This document shows, piece after piece, positions 1-13,645 of a stretch of 64,000 nucleotides of DNA. The stretch comes from the human T2T-CHM13v2.0 reference genome, Homo sapiens, in assembly GCF_009914755.1 (NCBI RefSeq), contig NC_060935.1. One strand, 5' to 3'. Below the pieces are notes generated by a model that had not been told where the DNA came from, searched no databases, and saw nothing but the letters and a program-made list of their open reading frames with translations. Numbering within the stretch: position 1 is the first letter of the stretch; every line of letters starts with the position of its first letter. The translations under genes and the position numbers were made by a program.

Positions 1-673
1 ATTGAGATTATTTAGACGAATGCAACCTTAGCTCCAAGATAGACTCACAAAAATTATGATTTTTATAGATTAACTGGATTGTTTTAAATAGGGTGGGAGC
101 AAGTTCTTTGTAACGTTATACAGCTTATGTGGAAATAAAAGCTCTACATACCCTTTAAAACTTATCCATTGATATGACTTCAAATACGGCCCCTCTAGGT
201 AAATCCACACTTACCTGTGCAATATCTCATTCTGCACCTTGAAAATGTAATGGAATCTCATAATCCATCCAGATATAACATCTACTCTTCTCTTACATTG
301 TTTATTTGCTTCTGTTTTTTTTCTCTCCTTTTTTTCTTCCTTTCTTTTTTTTTTTTTTTTTGGTCTTTCTTATTGATCACTGATGCCTCAAACCTGTAAA
401 CTATTTACATCCCAATGAATAGAATCAATGAACAAGTTTTGTAGAAACCACTTATCCAATATTTTCAAGTGCATTATTTTTCTCTCTTACTTCTGTCATT
501 GGCTGTATGAAAACTCTTAATGTTTCCAAAAGTGTTGTCCAGAGGCAGAAAAATTAAGTTGGAAAAGTAAAAAGATCAGTCAATTATTTCACTCTCTATA
601 TAACAAACTTTAAAAAGGGAATTCTGTAGCTAGGCAAATTAGGTTTGAATCCTCACATTGCTCTTAAGGACCA

Positions 674-1087
674 TTCTTTTTGGCTTCTCAGTGTAGCATT
701 CCTTTTCCTTAGTATAGGACAGGACTCTTCTGGAATGTGGGTCTCTGACCTACTTTCAGACAACATAGATCAGAGAATTTCTTTACGATGAGCGCGTCCA
801 CAGAAAATCAGGGGAAGGTCAGAGTGATGTTTTTAGGTTTATTTTGTCTTGCTTTGAAGAAAGGAATTCTATGTTCTATGACCCACCTTGGGGAAGAGAA
901 ACTGTAGTTTTTAAGGCTTGCCTTGGGAGAAAAGGGGAAGCAGAAGAAAGGAACGTAGAAGAAGGTAAACGCAACAACAACAACAACGAAAAACCTAGAT
1001 TCTGAAGTCCTTACAGTTTCATTAGGTTCAAAGCCCTCAGCATGCCAAGCTACCATACTTCAAGGTATAGTGTTCTGAGCCCCAACA
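674..1087 (-). mobile_element. ERV1 MER34-like LTR (partial), preceded by a polypurine tract
   Basis: Minus strand begins TGTTGGGGCTCAGAACACTATACCTTGAAGTATGG, resembling the MER34 family. It is immediately preceded by purine-rich AGATGGGGGAAA, as expected for a 3' LTR. Confidence 0.6.
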
Positions 1088-2504
1088 TTTCCCCCATCTG
1101 AAACTTTTTTGACTGTTTCAAAAATTCAGAGGTGAGCTAGTGGATGTGGAGAGGAGAACCAAGTTAGAATATAAGTAGCAAAACACCTGCAAAGGGGCAG
1201 AAGATATATACTGTATGGATAATTAACAAACAGAAGAGAACAAATCTAGCACACTGAACAATCTAAGCACATAAGAACAAATCTAACTTACTCTTTGACT
1301 CACCATTCAGTCAGTAAATATTTTTGTCAATAAACTATATTTTCTATGTGCTCTTTTATACCCTAAAGATATAATTCTAATATCAAACAAACACAATACC
1401 TGTATTCATGAAAGTTACAATGTCACCACACTGGTAGATGTAGATACTAATCAAACACAACAAAAAATAATAAAAATGATTAAGTGATAAGAAAGAGAGG
1501 CCCCATGGGGATAGGATAAGTCAAAAGGTATTTTTGAGAGAAAAGTAATAGAGCTGAGTTATGTGGAGTGAAATTTTATTAACTTGAGATTTAAATATAA
1601 CACTCTTCCATAGTGGTCTGAACAAATAGAAGATCATGAGAGATTGTTTATACCCACAATTTGGTTTCAAGTATAGTAGAATAAAAAGGACACTAGTAGA
1701 ATTTTCATGCAGGTTAATTGGATGTTGATTCTTGATGATTTTTTGGTGTATTTTCAATTTGATATTTTTAGACATAAATGAGGTTATTCTCATCCCTCAT
1801 ACTCACTTCTTCCTTTGCCAAAGAATGATTATTTTTGTTAATTTGAAAAAGCAACACAATCAATAAACTGGATGACAACCTTGACTAAAGCATTTTTTTA
1901 ACAATTTTGAAACCCAGATTTGAGTGGTCGATGCCTAAAAATGATCCTGGAATACTGCCAAATAGTTGAATTTTGTAAGAGACAAATAGTTAGAAGCACA
2001 CTGAGGCAGATAATTTCCTTCTTCCAGAAAACTCTCCTTAAGGGATTATAAACCAAAAAGTAAATTTTAAGATGCTATGGCTGCAAACAGCATGCCTCTT
2101 TTTATAAGATAAAATCTTGTCTATAATATAGTTACTGATGTGTCTCTGCAAATTGGTTTGCCATTTTTAGAGGAATTTTGAGTGTATATTCTTCTCTCTA
2201 GTCTTTACTTATTCCAATAGAGAAATATGTGTTCTCTTTGTGTAATTGATCAGAAAGATAAGAATCTGATGTACTGAAAATTATTATCTTGGATTTCAAA
2301 CTCACACTTATGAATTCACTCTAAAACGGACCATTGCTTTGATTACTATATTCTAATATATTTTTTCTCTGGCTGAATATCAGGACAATCAATCACCCCT
2401 TTGGAAAGAGACAATGTTTTACTAAAAAAAAACCCGTAACTATCCATTCTTCATGTTAAACTATCTGGAACAAAAATAAGTAAGGCAGAATGAATAAAGC
2501 AGAA

Positions 2505-3400
2505 GAAGGTGTGAGTTTAAGTAAAGTAAGCTTGCTTCTGGGTTCTGGGCCTTGTTTATTGGGTTTAAAATGCAAGGCCATGTGGGCTTTGGGAGGGCAT
2601 GATTTGAACTCAGTGCTACTATGACACAGAGGAAAGTAACACTGGCCATAGTTAAGCCTGATTCCAAGGAGGGCACATTTAGACCAGCTCTAGCCAAGGT
2701 GAATCATCCATGCCAGCAGCTGGAACTTGGGTTCTGGGAAACCTCACCATCTTGGGCTAAAAGGGTCCTGGACTTCTAACTAAACATAAAAGGCAGTCTA
2801 GGCTACAAAGGACTGCAACTCCTAGGCAAGTCCTAGTGCTGTGCTGAGCTCACAACCAGTTGACTTGGGAGGCATGTGACCCAGTCAGACACCAGCTAGG
2901 GTAGCTAAACGACTACTTGTGCTGCATAAAATAGAGTCAAATGATGGCTTATACTAGCGCCGACATCAAAAAAGAAGAAAAACTTCAAATAAAAGACTCA
3001 ACAATGTGTCTTAAAGAACTGGAAAAGAATGAACAAACCAAAGCTGAAATTAGTAGAAGAAAATAAAAAATAAAGATTAGAGCAGAGGCCGGGTACGGTG
3101 GCTCACGCCTTTAATCCCAGCACTTTGGGAGGCCAAGGCGGGGGGATCACGAGGTCAGGAGATCGAGACCATCCTGGCTAAGACAGTGAAACCCCTTCTC
3201 TACTAAAAATACAAAAAATTAGCAGGGTGTGGTGGCGGGCGCCTGTAGTCCCAGCTACTCAGGGGGCTGAGGCAGGAGAATGGCATGAACCCAGGAGGCG
3301 GAGCTTGCAGTGAGCTGAGATCGCGCCACTGCACTTGACAGGGCGAGACTCCGTCTAAAGATTAGAGCAGAAATGAATGAAATTTACAAAAGAAAAAAAT
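2505..3400 (+). mobile_element. Old L1 fragments (5'UTR piece, then ORF2 piece), interrupted by an Alu
   Basis: L1PB/L1MA-like 5'UTR motifs (ctgcaactcctaggcaagtcctagtgctgtgctg) and ORF2-like aaagaactggaaaagaatgaacaaaccaaa. Confidence 0.6.
3087..3355 (+). mobile_element. AluY-like element lacking a poly(A) tail
   Basis: ggccgggtacggtggctcacgcc...gagactccgtc, flanked by perfect TSD taaagattagagcaga (3071-3086 / 3356-3371). Confidence 0.95.
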
Positions 3401-3419
3401 ACAAAAGATCCATAAAAAA

Positions 3420-3780
3420 TTCCATGTAGCCATAAAAAAGAAGGAGATTATGTCCTTTGCAGGGACATGAATGAAGTTGGAGGCCATTATCCTTAGCAAA
3501 CTAACAGTAACAGAAAACCAAATACTACATGTCCTTACTTCTAAGTGGGAGCTAAATGATGAGAACACATGAACACATGGAAGGGATTGACAGACACTTG
3601 GATCTATCAGAGAGTGGCGTGTGGGAGGAGAGAGCTCAGGAAAAATAACTAATGGGTACTAGGCTTAATACCTGGGTGATAAAATAATCTGTATGACAAA
3701 CCCCCATGACACAAGTTTACCTATGTCACAAACCTGACATGTATCCCTGAACTTAATATAAATTTTTTTAAATAAAAAAA
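3420..3780 (+). mobile_element. L1PA (older subfamily) 3' end fragment
   Basis: L1 3'UTR (gggtactaggcttaatacctgggtgat...aacccccatgacacaagtttacc) ending in an A-rich tail. Confidence 0.85.
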
Positions 3781-3844
3781 GTCTTCAAAACAACAACAAA
3801 GAAAATGTGAAAAAATTTGACAAACATGTAGCCACACTAAGAAA

Positions 3845-6070
3845 CAATTCTATATCTAGAGAACTCCATAGTCTTGGCCCAAAAGCTCCTTCAGCTGACA
3901 AACAACTTCAGCATTTTCAGGATAAAAAAACCAATGTATAAAAATCACCAGCATTTCTATACACCAAACAGTTAAGCCAAGAACCAAATCAGGAACACAA
4001 TCCCACTCACAATTGCCAAAAAGAATAAAATACCTAGAAATACAGCTAACCAGGAATATGAAACAGTTCTATAATGAGAATTATAAAACACTGCTCAAAG
4101 AAATCAAAGATGACACAAATAGAAAAATATTTCATGGTCATGGATAGGAAGAATCAATATCATTGATATAGCCACTCTGCCCAAGTCAATTGACAGACTC
4201 AATGCTATTCCTATCAAACTACCAATGACTTTCTTCACAGAACTAGAAAAAAACTATTGTAAGATTAACATGGATCCAAACAGAGCCCAAATAGTCAAGG
4301 CAATGCTAAACCAAAAGAACAAAGCTGGAGGCATCACATTCCCCAACTTTAGAATACACTACAGGGCTACAATAACCAAAACAGCATGGTATAGGCACAA
4401 AAACAGGTACATAGACCAATGGAACAGAATAAAGAAGCCAGAAATAAGGCAACAAATTTACAGTGATCTGATCTTTGACAAAGTTGACAGAAACAAGCAA
4501 TGGGGAAACGACTCAATATTCAATAAATGCTGCTGGGATAACTGGCAGCCATATGCAGAAGATTGAAACTGGACCTTTTTCTTACACTACATACAAAATT
4601 TAACTCAAGATGGATTAAAGACTTAAATGTAATCCCAAAACTATAATAAAACCTAAATCACAACCAAGGCAATACTATTCTGGGGATAGGAATGGGTAAA
4701 AATTTCATGATGAAGACACCAAAAGCAACCAAAACAAAAGCAAAAATTTACAAGGGATCTAATTAAACTAAACAGCTTCTGCACAGCAAAAGAAACTATC
4801 AACAGAGTAAATAGACAACCTACAAACTGGGAGAAAATTTTTGGAATCTATGCAACTGACAAAGGTCTAATATCCAGCATCTATAAGGAGCTTAAACAAA
4901 TTTACAAGAAAAAAAAACCCATTAAAAAGTGGACAAAGGACATGAACAGATACTTTTTAAAAAAAGACATACATGCAGCCAATAAGTATATGAATAAAAG
5001 CTCAATATCACCAATCGCTGGAGGTATGAAAATCAAAACTACAATGAGATACCACCTCACACCACTGGGAATGGCTATTATTATTATTTTAACATTTAAG
5101 TTCAGGGGTACATGTGCAGGTTTGTTACATAGGTAAACTTGTGTCATGGGGATTTGTCGTACAGATTATTTTATCACCCAGGTATTAAGCCTAGTACCCA
5201 TTAGTTATTTTTCCTGATGCTCTCCCTTCTCCCACTCTCCACCCTCAGACAGGCTCCAGTGTGTGTTGTTCCCCTCTGTATGTCCATGTGTTCTTCTCAT
5301 TCAGCTCCCTATCCTTAGCAAACTGATCCAGAAACAGAAAAACAAATACCACATGTTCTCACTTACTGGTGAGAACAGCTATTATTAAAAAATCCAAACA
5401 ATAACAGGTGCTGGTGAGGTTATGGAGAAAAGGGAATACTGATACACTGTTGGTTGGAGTGTAGTTCAACCATTGTGGAAAGCAGTGTGGTGATTCCTCA
5501 AAGACCTAAAAATAGAACTACACTTTGACCCAGCAATCCTATTACTGGGTATATACTCAAAGAATATAAATTATTCTATCATAAAGACACATGCCTGTGA
5601 ATGTTCACTGCAGCACTATTCACAATAGCCAAAGCATAAAAATCAACCCAAATGCCCATCCACGACAGACTAAATAAATGTGATGCATGTTCACCATGGA
5701 ATACTATGCAGCTATGAAGAACAAGATCGTGTCTTTTGTGGGAACATGGATGGAGCTGCAGAGTATTATCTTAAGTGAAATAGCACAGTAACAGAAAACC
5801 GAATACCACATGTTATCACTTATAGGTGGGGGTAAACACTGAGTACATGTGGAACCAAAGAAGGTAACAGCAGACACTGGGGCTTACTTGAGGGTGGAGG
5901 GTGGAAGAAGGGTAAAGAGGGAAAGGTATCAGTCAAGCGCTGTACTTATTATCTGGGTGACAAAATAATCTATACACCAAACCCCAGTGTCCTGAAATTG
6001 ATCTATATAACAAACCTGCACATACACCTCTGAACCTAAAATGAAAGTTAAAAACTATAAAAATAAAAAA
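3845..6070 (+). mobile_element. L1 (old L1PA-like) degenerate ORF2 3' part plus 3'UTR
   Basis: ORF remnants TFFTELEK...[12 protein letters not shown]...TAWY...DQWNRI; 3'UTR and A-rich tail at ~6050-6070. Confidence 0.9.
5083..5370 (-). mobile_element. Short 5'-inverted L1 3' end nested within L1
   Basis: Antisense L1 3'UTR 5083-5309 followed by a sense piece 5310-5370; imperfect TSD gggaatggctattatt / gagaacagctattatt. Confidence 0.8.
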
Positions 6071-6307
6071 TACATTCATGTACTAATGACAAAAAGCCCC
6101 AGAATATTCGACATCAAAACTGACAGATAAGAAAGGAAAAAACATAATTTAACTTTCAATTTTAAAATCAGTCTTAATAATTGAGAGAACAAATAAAGAA
6201 GAAAAGAGCAATATTATAGAGGACTTGAACAGCACTCTCCTCCAGTTTGAGCCGATTAAAATCAATGACACAATTATTAATCAAACAATACTGAACAACA
6301 ATTTTTC

Positions 6308-6533
6308 AGGTAGGCTTTCTCAGAATTGGCACTATTAACATTCCGGATTGAGTAATTTTTTTGTGTGAGGGGCTGTCTTGTGAATATTGGATTATTTTGC
6401 AGCTTAAGTGACATCTACCCTCTAGATAGCAGTAACATTGTTCAAACCACCTCATCATCATGAAATCAACAATATTTGCAGACATTGACTAATGATTTCC
6501 AGTGGGAAAACTTACTTCTGGTCAAAACCACTG
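6308..6533. mobile_element. MER20 (hAT-Charlie) relic
   Basis: tttctcagaattggcactattaacatt...gggctgtcttgtg...aaaaccactg resembles MER20. Confidence 0.7.
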
Positions 6534-6980
6534 CTTTAAAGTTTATTGTAATTTAATTGGAAAATATTATTCAACTTAATTTGGAGTATATTATTTGAAT
6601 TTAATTGGAAATATTTTGTTAAGCTACCATTATCACTATATTATTAAAGTGCTCCAATAATCTTTAAACTTGGTGTTCTGGATGCCTTTACTTCTATGTA
6701 TTCTTGACAAGTACATAGTTGTGCAGCTATCAGATGAGATAATCAATTTTTAAAATATACATATTTTTATGTGAGCAATAGCATTTGATGTAAATTGTTA
6801 TGCTACCTTCTGCATGTAATTGTAATTCTTTGCTTACAAAGAACATAGAGAATTATGTCACTTTACAGTGAGCAGATCTTTATTGGTTGACAACTAAGAT
6901 AGATATGAATTTTATTAACAGAGAGAAAACAGATCATAAGGAAGGCACGCTTTTGTTTTTTTGAAGTTTGTTTCTTAATT

Positions 6981-7285
6981 TTATGAGCAAAATAATGCCT
7001 GTTTTCTATTGACCATGACTTTCCTCAGGGCAATGTCACATCCTTGTTCCTGGGGCTCCAGATCAATGGGTTTAACATGGGAATGACTACTGTGTAGAAG
7101 ACAGAGGCCATCCTGTCTGTGTCAAGAGAATTTTCTGAGCATTAAGTACATAAGGAACAGTCTTCCATAGAGCATCGATGATACAGAGGGTCAATAAGAG
7201 AGGCAAAAGTTGAGGATAATGTAAAAGTGTCATCAGGAAGCTGTAGTATTAGTGTAGCATGGCTAGGAATTTGCACAGATATCTG
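6981..7285 (-). pseudogene. Olfactory receptor pseudogene fragment (3' part), 5'-truncated paralogue of 22999-23729
   Basis: Minus-strand translation [29 protein letters not shown] (OR TM7 motif), with frameshifts and the 5' half missing. Confidence 0.85.
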
Positions 7286-7393
7286 CCTCTTAAAGTAGGG
7301 GAAGAGGAGGATGGGTAGAAAAACTATCAAAAATTAATAGCTAAAGACAACAGATACAAAAGAAAAAAATACATTTTAGGAAATAATGTACAG

Positions 7394-7471
7394 AAATATT
7401 CATATTATAAAATATAAACATATTAGAGAACTAAATATTCATATTATAAAATATAAACATATTAGAGAACT
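7394..7471 (+). repeat. Perfect 39-bp tandem duplication (2 copies)
   Basis: aaatattcatattataaaatataaacatattagagaact x2. Confidence 0.95.
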
Positions 7472-7724
7472 ATATAACTTTTATAATTTATTCATGGCAA
7501 TGAATGCCTCTAAAAAGCCAAAGATAGTCAGAACCCAGTATATTTTTTGCTTACTCAATTTGTACTAAAATAAAGTGATACAAAACATTAGAACAAAGCA
7601 CTAATTTTATAGAACATTGTATTTACTCTTCCATTTCCCTGAAACTCACTTTCTCCAGGTATTTTTTATGGCTCTCTATTTCACTTATTTCAGTATGGGC
7701 CTATCACTGAAGACTTTCTTGGAA

Positions 7725-8027
7725 ATTTTTTTTTTCTCTTTTTTTTGACAAAGAGTCTTGCTCTGTTGCCCAGGCTGGAGTGTAGTGGTGTGATCTTGGC
7801 TCACTGAAAGCTCCACCTCCTGGGTTCACACCATTCTCCTGCCTCAGCGTCTGGAGTAGCTGGGACTACAGTCACCCACCACCACACCCAGCTAATTTTT
7901 TGTATTTTTAGTAGCGACGGGGTTTCACCCTGTTAACTAGGATGGTCTTGATCACCTGACCTCGTGATCCACCAGCCTCGGCCTCCCAAAGTGCTAGGTT
8001 TACAGGCATGAGCCTCCACGCCCGGCC
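7725..8027 (-). mobile_element. Alu (AluY/Sc-like)
   Basis: Poly(T), antisense Alu body, ends cgcccggcc. Confidence 0.95.
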
Positions 8028-8602
8028 GGCAATTATTTTTTATAAAGGAAAGCTCAAAAGTCCCCATGCACTATCTCCAGTTTTCTTCACAGCACTCTTA
8101 CCACATAGTCCTGCTTGTTATTCCTTCAACTACCTGGTCTATCCTCTTCACAGGTCCTTCACCCTAATGATCCATCCGTGTGGAACACATTCCCACCCCG
8201 TACCTATATGACTAACTCTTCCCTCCTTCAAGTCTTTGCTGAACTGTCACCTTTTCATTGAGATAAACCTTCTCCTCCATTTTGGTTGCTTCCTCACGCC
8301 CCTGTTTCTGAACACTCCTCCCATCTTTTATGCTGTTTTACATTTCCTTTATTTTATTTATAGTACATTTCACCTTCTGATATGTTTAATCACTCATTTT
8401 TGTATTTATTTCTGTTTGCCCCACTGAGAATTTATAATCTACAAATACTGTAATAGAAAAAGCCAGACTTGCATATTGACATTTGGATCTTTCTTTCCCA
8501 GAATCTATGAGTAATTTATACCAGTTGATTAAAAGTAATTTATAAATTTACAAGGCTTAAAGCAGTCATAACCACAATGCAATTCAATAAAAAATAAATA
8601 TT

Positions 8603-8912
<310 letters not shown>

Positions 8913-9406
8913 TTAAACTCAAAATTTTAAAAAATTAGAATCATAAATTTACTATGATTTTAATAACTTAATAACTAAGCATAGCTGAGGTTAATCTTAG
9001 TCAAATAAGAAACGAAACATTTAACTTTAGACTATTTATATAATATGCCACAATAGAAATAATTCAGATCACTATGTATACAGGTGAAGAGTGACACCAG
9101 GATGGATAATGCAAATATTAAATTCTGATAATATTAAACAGGTAACCATAAGAAAATACTTTTACTAGGTGGTGGAGAAAAAAATAATGAACCCAACCTG
9201 ATAAAGTAGGGGAAAAAAATGTTAAAATAAGAATAACTAAAATAACTAACGAATAAACAAATTAATAAGTATTTGAACAAAATATATCAGAAAAGTAATT
9301 TTTTTAACTGAGCCAAAGATTAAAAAAAATAATAAACATATTCCAGAAGAGAGAGAGAGATAGAGAGAGAATAGAAGAGGATAAGAAACATAGTTTAAAA
9401 TATAAA

Positions 9407-9699
<293 letters not shown>

Positions 9700-11233
9700 C
9701 ATAAAAAGTATAACTAGCTAGGACATTACATTATTTCATCATTTAAATTGAAAGAGATTTAAAATCTCTGGTCAGAATTAGGTTTCAGCAATGATTTAGT
9801 AAATGGGAAAATAATTTTCCTGCCATGATAAACAACTCTGAACCTGAACAAAATGGTTTTCAATGTTAGAAAAACATCAAGCAAGAAAATCCCTTGCTCT
9901 CGGAGATTTTACGATCACCAAGCCTATTGAGGTAGTTTTGACATAGTCACCTTTTGCCTCTTATTTGGCTTAAACCCTAATGTTATCTATTGCTAAAGAG
10001 TGTGATGCTGGCTTTTAAATATTCAAATCAACCTGTCTCAGGAGCACTAAATTTCTGGTGAATAGAATCGCTCTTCCCAAAACTCATCAAAGGTACAATA
10101 AATACATACAAATGTAGCGCTTTATACCTACCAACAGATTATCTCCTGAAATTCTAGATTATGGGCATGCTTTCCTTCTAGACTCACTTTAAAATTTACA
10201 TAAAATTGATTTTTTTATAATGACTTAAGATTCACTTTAATATTTTACTCTGTTTCACATTTTATATTGTTTCAGAATCTTCCCTTGCTTCCTCATCTTG
10301 GACAAATAATTCTCAGTAGAATATTTCAGCTCTCTTTTTATATTTTAATTTTAACTCATATTTAAGGAAAAAATTGACCTGACTATACATGGAGGAAGTA
10401 TGTTTTGGGCTACTAAATTAATTATAAAATGTTTATTAGTCTCAGGGCTGATTTTGTTTTTCTGCTCTCACTTTTGTTTCATAAAATTTTCAAAAGTACA
10501 TGAAAACAGCAAAACATAGTGCACAAATATTGCATGTAGATGAATTAGGTGACACCACCACACCAGAATGAATAACCTACACCACTTTCTGATAATGCTT
10601 CAAAATGTCTGTTTATCAGCTCGTAAACACATAGTTAACTTAGTAAGTTACGGGGCACTAACCAATACATGAACCGTAGAATTGTGTGGTTGATAAAAGG
10701 TTAATATAAGATAGCTCATGGCATAGCATAAAATTTTGGTTATTAAATGAGCAAAAGACACTGACTGTATAGTACAATAATTGTTATGCCATCTATAAGT
10801 ACATGTACAAATAAGGCACAAAGGAAAATAATTAGGAAAAATTATAATGTTAACAAAATGTTAACGACAGTTTTGAATTGTTTTCATTTACTTTTTTTGA
10901 ATTTTGTTATCTTCTGATTCTTTTCCAATTAACATGGTTTACATATACGATAGTATCGCACTTTTAAATATTAAGAAATTTAATTGTGAAAAATGTATTA
11001 TTCCATCTTTGATGATGTCAGTCACAGAGTAACTATTTTTTCTGGAAATGCCTTCTCCACCACGCCTGTAAAATATTGAGAACATCACAAGAAAAGACCA
11101 ATTCATAATTTCCTTCATTTGTGTGGCTTCTAAGGTAAAAAGGAAAATCTTTGCACAAAGCCTAACATGGCTACATTTAGTCCTTGAACTTTTGTGCTTG
11201 GAAACATGCCAAACAATCTGCCTTGGCAAATGG

Positions 11234-11242
11234 CCCCCAGGG
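11234..11242. promoter_or_regulatory. Candidate O/E (EBF) site upstream of OR8H3
   Basis: CCCCCAGGG fits YCCCNNGGG in non-repetitive DNA ~1.5 kb upstream of the ATG; motif only. Confidence 0.25.
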
Positions 11243-12480
11243 CCTACCAAAAGGTGCATTGTCATCAGCCTCTGGTATATGAGATCCTCTGGAATTATCC
11301 GAGTGAGAGGGAAAGAATAATCTCCTTATGGTCACAGTGGCTGCCGGTCTTCTTTGACACATAACTTCTTGGTAATCTTTCCATTAGACCAGAACCTAAA
11401 CAAAATTTCTAGATTGGTTTATCATAACTCAGAATAAAACATAATGAATGCACCAAAATGTAAAAACAACTTATCTCAAGGAAAACAAATATTATAAAAA
11501 TTTTCATCTCCTTAAATAGTTTTCTTATTTTATTTATAACAAAAATTTGAAGTTGACAAATTTCCATACAGATAATATAAGAAGAAAGTTTTTTCATGAA
11601 TGTTGACTTACACACAGTAAGTATTATTCTCAAAATTGGAAGATTTTGTTTCACATTTTACTTCAGATGAAATAAAATGGGGACTTTCGCAGAATAATAT
11701 ATTAATATATATTCATGTATATATTAATATATACACATATCATTTACTCTCTACCCTAAGTAATGTCAGGGTTTGTGAGACAAATGTAGAGTTGCCAGAA
11801 TCAGAGTCTACAAGCAAAGTATACATTTTGAAAATATAATTTTTTGGAAGAAATTAGATTTTGATTAGTTATGTCAGGAAAACATCACATCTTTTATAAA
11901 TTAATACTTATATATTGTCTATAATTTTAATGTACCTGACTAAAAACCCCAAGGGTGAAATTTATTGAAAATTATTATTAAATAATATTGGAAACAAAAG
12001 GGCAGTAAATTATATAATAAAACTGTTTCCTCTCATTTTTTATTACATGTCCACCTCTTTTCTCAAGTTTTCTGAAATTATTTATAAACAAGATTGTAGT
12101 ATTATAAGCCTTCTCTCTGAAGGAATATATCTTTGTAGAATCAGTGTCAACATTGAATTGATCTGACTTTGGATAAGTTACTCCAACCTTCCATACTCTT
12201 TTTTTCCCTCACCTAAACTATGTGGATAATAGTAGTATCTATGGTATAATATTTTCAGGTGGATTAAATATATTAATAAAGGAAGCCATTCAGAACAATG
12301 TCAGGTTCATTCTAATTATGCAATATGCTACATTTTATTATAACATATGCAAATGTTAATTTGAACTTATATCTATATTGGCAATAAAATTAGTCTCTTT
12401 AGTCATATTCTATAAATTTATTAGCAATTTGTAGAATGTTAAACTAATTATTAAATGCTAGGTCATTCATATAAACAGAA

Positions 12481-12667
12481 ATTTTTTTTGATTGTTTTGT
12501 TTATTTTTTTTGAGTCGGAGTCTGGCACAGTTGCTGGGGCTGCAATGCAATAGTGTGATCCCAGCTCACTGCAACCTCTGGCTCACTGCAACCTCCGGCT
12601 CCCATGTTCAAGCGATTCTCCTGCCTCAGCTTCTCCAGTAGCTGGGATTACAGGCGCCCCTGCTACG
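12481..12667 (-). mobile_element. Alu right-arm fragment abutting the OR8H3 splice acceptor
   Basis: Poly(T), then antisense right arm ending at caggcgcccctgctacg; internal 17-bp duplication gctcactgcaacctc(tg). Confidence 0.9.
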
Positions 12668-12706
12668 TATCAACTTTGATTTCTCAGCAGTTTAGAGCAG
12701 GTGAAC

Positions 12707-13645
12707 ATGATGGGTAGAAGGAATGACACAAATGTGGCTGACTTCATCCTTATGGGACTGTCAGACTCTGAAGAGGTCCAGATGGCTCTGTTTATGCTAT
12801 TTCTCCTCATATACCTAATTACTATGCTGGGGAATGTGGGGATGCTATTGATAATCCGCCTGGACCTCCAGCTTCACACTCCCATGTATTTTTTCCTTAC
12901 TCACCTGTCATTTATTGACCTCAGTTACTCAACTGTCGTCACACCTAAAACCTTAGCGAACTTACTGACTTCCAACTATATTTCCTTCACGGGCTGCTTT
13001 GCCCAGATGTTCTGTTTTGTCTTCTTGGGTACTGCTGAATGTTATCTTCTCTCCTCAATGGCCTATGATCGCTATGCAGCGATCTGCAGTCCTCTACACT
13101 ACACAGTTATTATGTCCAAAAGGCTCTGCCTCGCTCTCATCACTGGGCCTTATGTGATTGGCTTTATGGACTCCTTTGTCAATGTGGTTTCCATGAGCAG
13201 ATTGCATTTCTGTGACTCAAACATAATTCATCACTTTTTCTGTGACACTTCCCCAATTTTAGCTCTGTCCTGCACTGACACAGACAACACTGAAATGCTG
13301 ATATTCATTATCGCTGGTTCCACCCTGATGGTGTCCCTTATCACAATATCTGCATCCTATGTGTCCATTCTCTCTACCATCCTGAAAATTAATTCCACTT
13401 CAGGAAAGCAGAAAGCTTTCTCTACTTGCGTCTCTCATCTCTTGGGAGTCACCATCTTCTATGGAACTATGATTTTTACTTACTTAAAGCCAAGAAAGTC
13501 TTATTCCTTGGGAAGAGATCAAGTGGCTCCTGTGTTTTATACTATTGTGATTCCCATGCTGAATCCACTCATTTATAGTCTTAGAAACAGAGAAGTGAAA
13601 AATGCTCTCATTAGAGTCATGCAGAGAAGACAGGACTCCAGGTAG
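12707..13645 (+). CDS. OR8H3: Olfactory receptor 8H3 (312 aa, intact)
   Basis: ATG at 12707 (the ORF track starts at an upstream GTG). Motifs [37 protein letters not shown]; N-terminus [10 protein letters not shown] and C-terminus RRQDSR recognised. Confidence 0.93.

Larger units (their letters stand above)
22..7290. repeat. Tandem segmental duplication, copy A (paralogous to ~19230-23290)
   Basis: ccttagctccaagatagactcaca (27) matches ccttagttccaagatagactcaca (~19237). Homology runs to ~673, then resumes at ~3915 (vs ~19945) through L1, MER20 and the OR fragment. Confidence 0.9.

Noticed and set aside
12701-12706. GTG-initiated N-terminal extension of OR8H3
   Set aside because: Artefact of alternative start codons in the ORF caller; the first ATG is 12707
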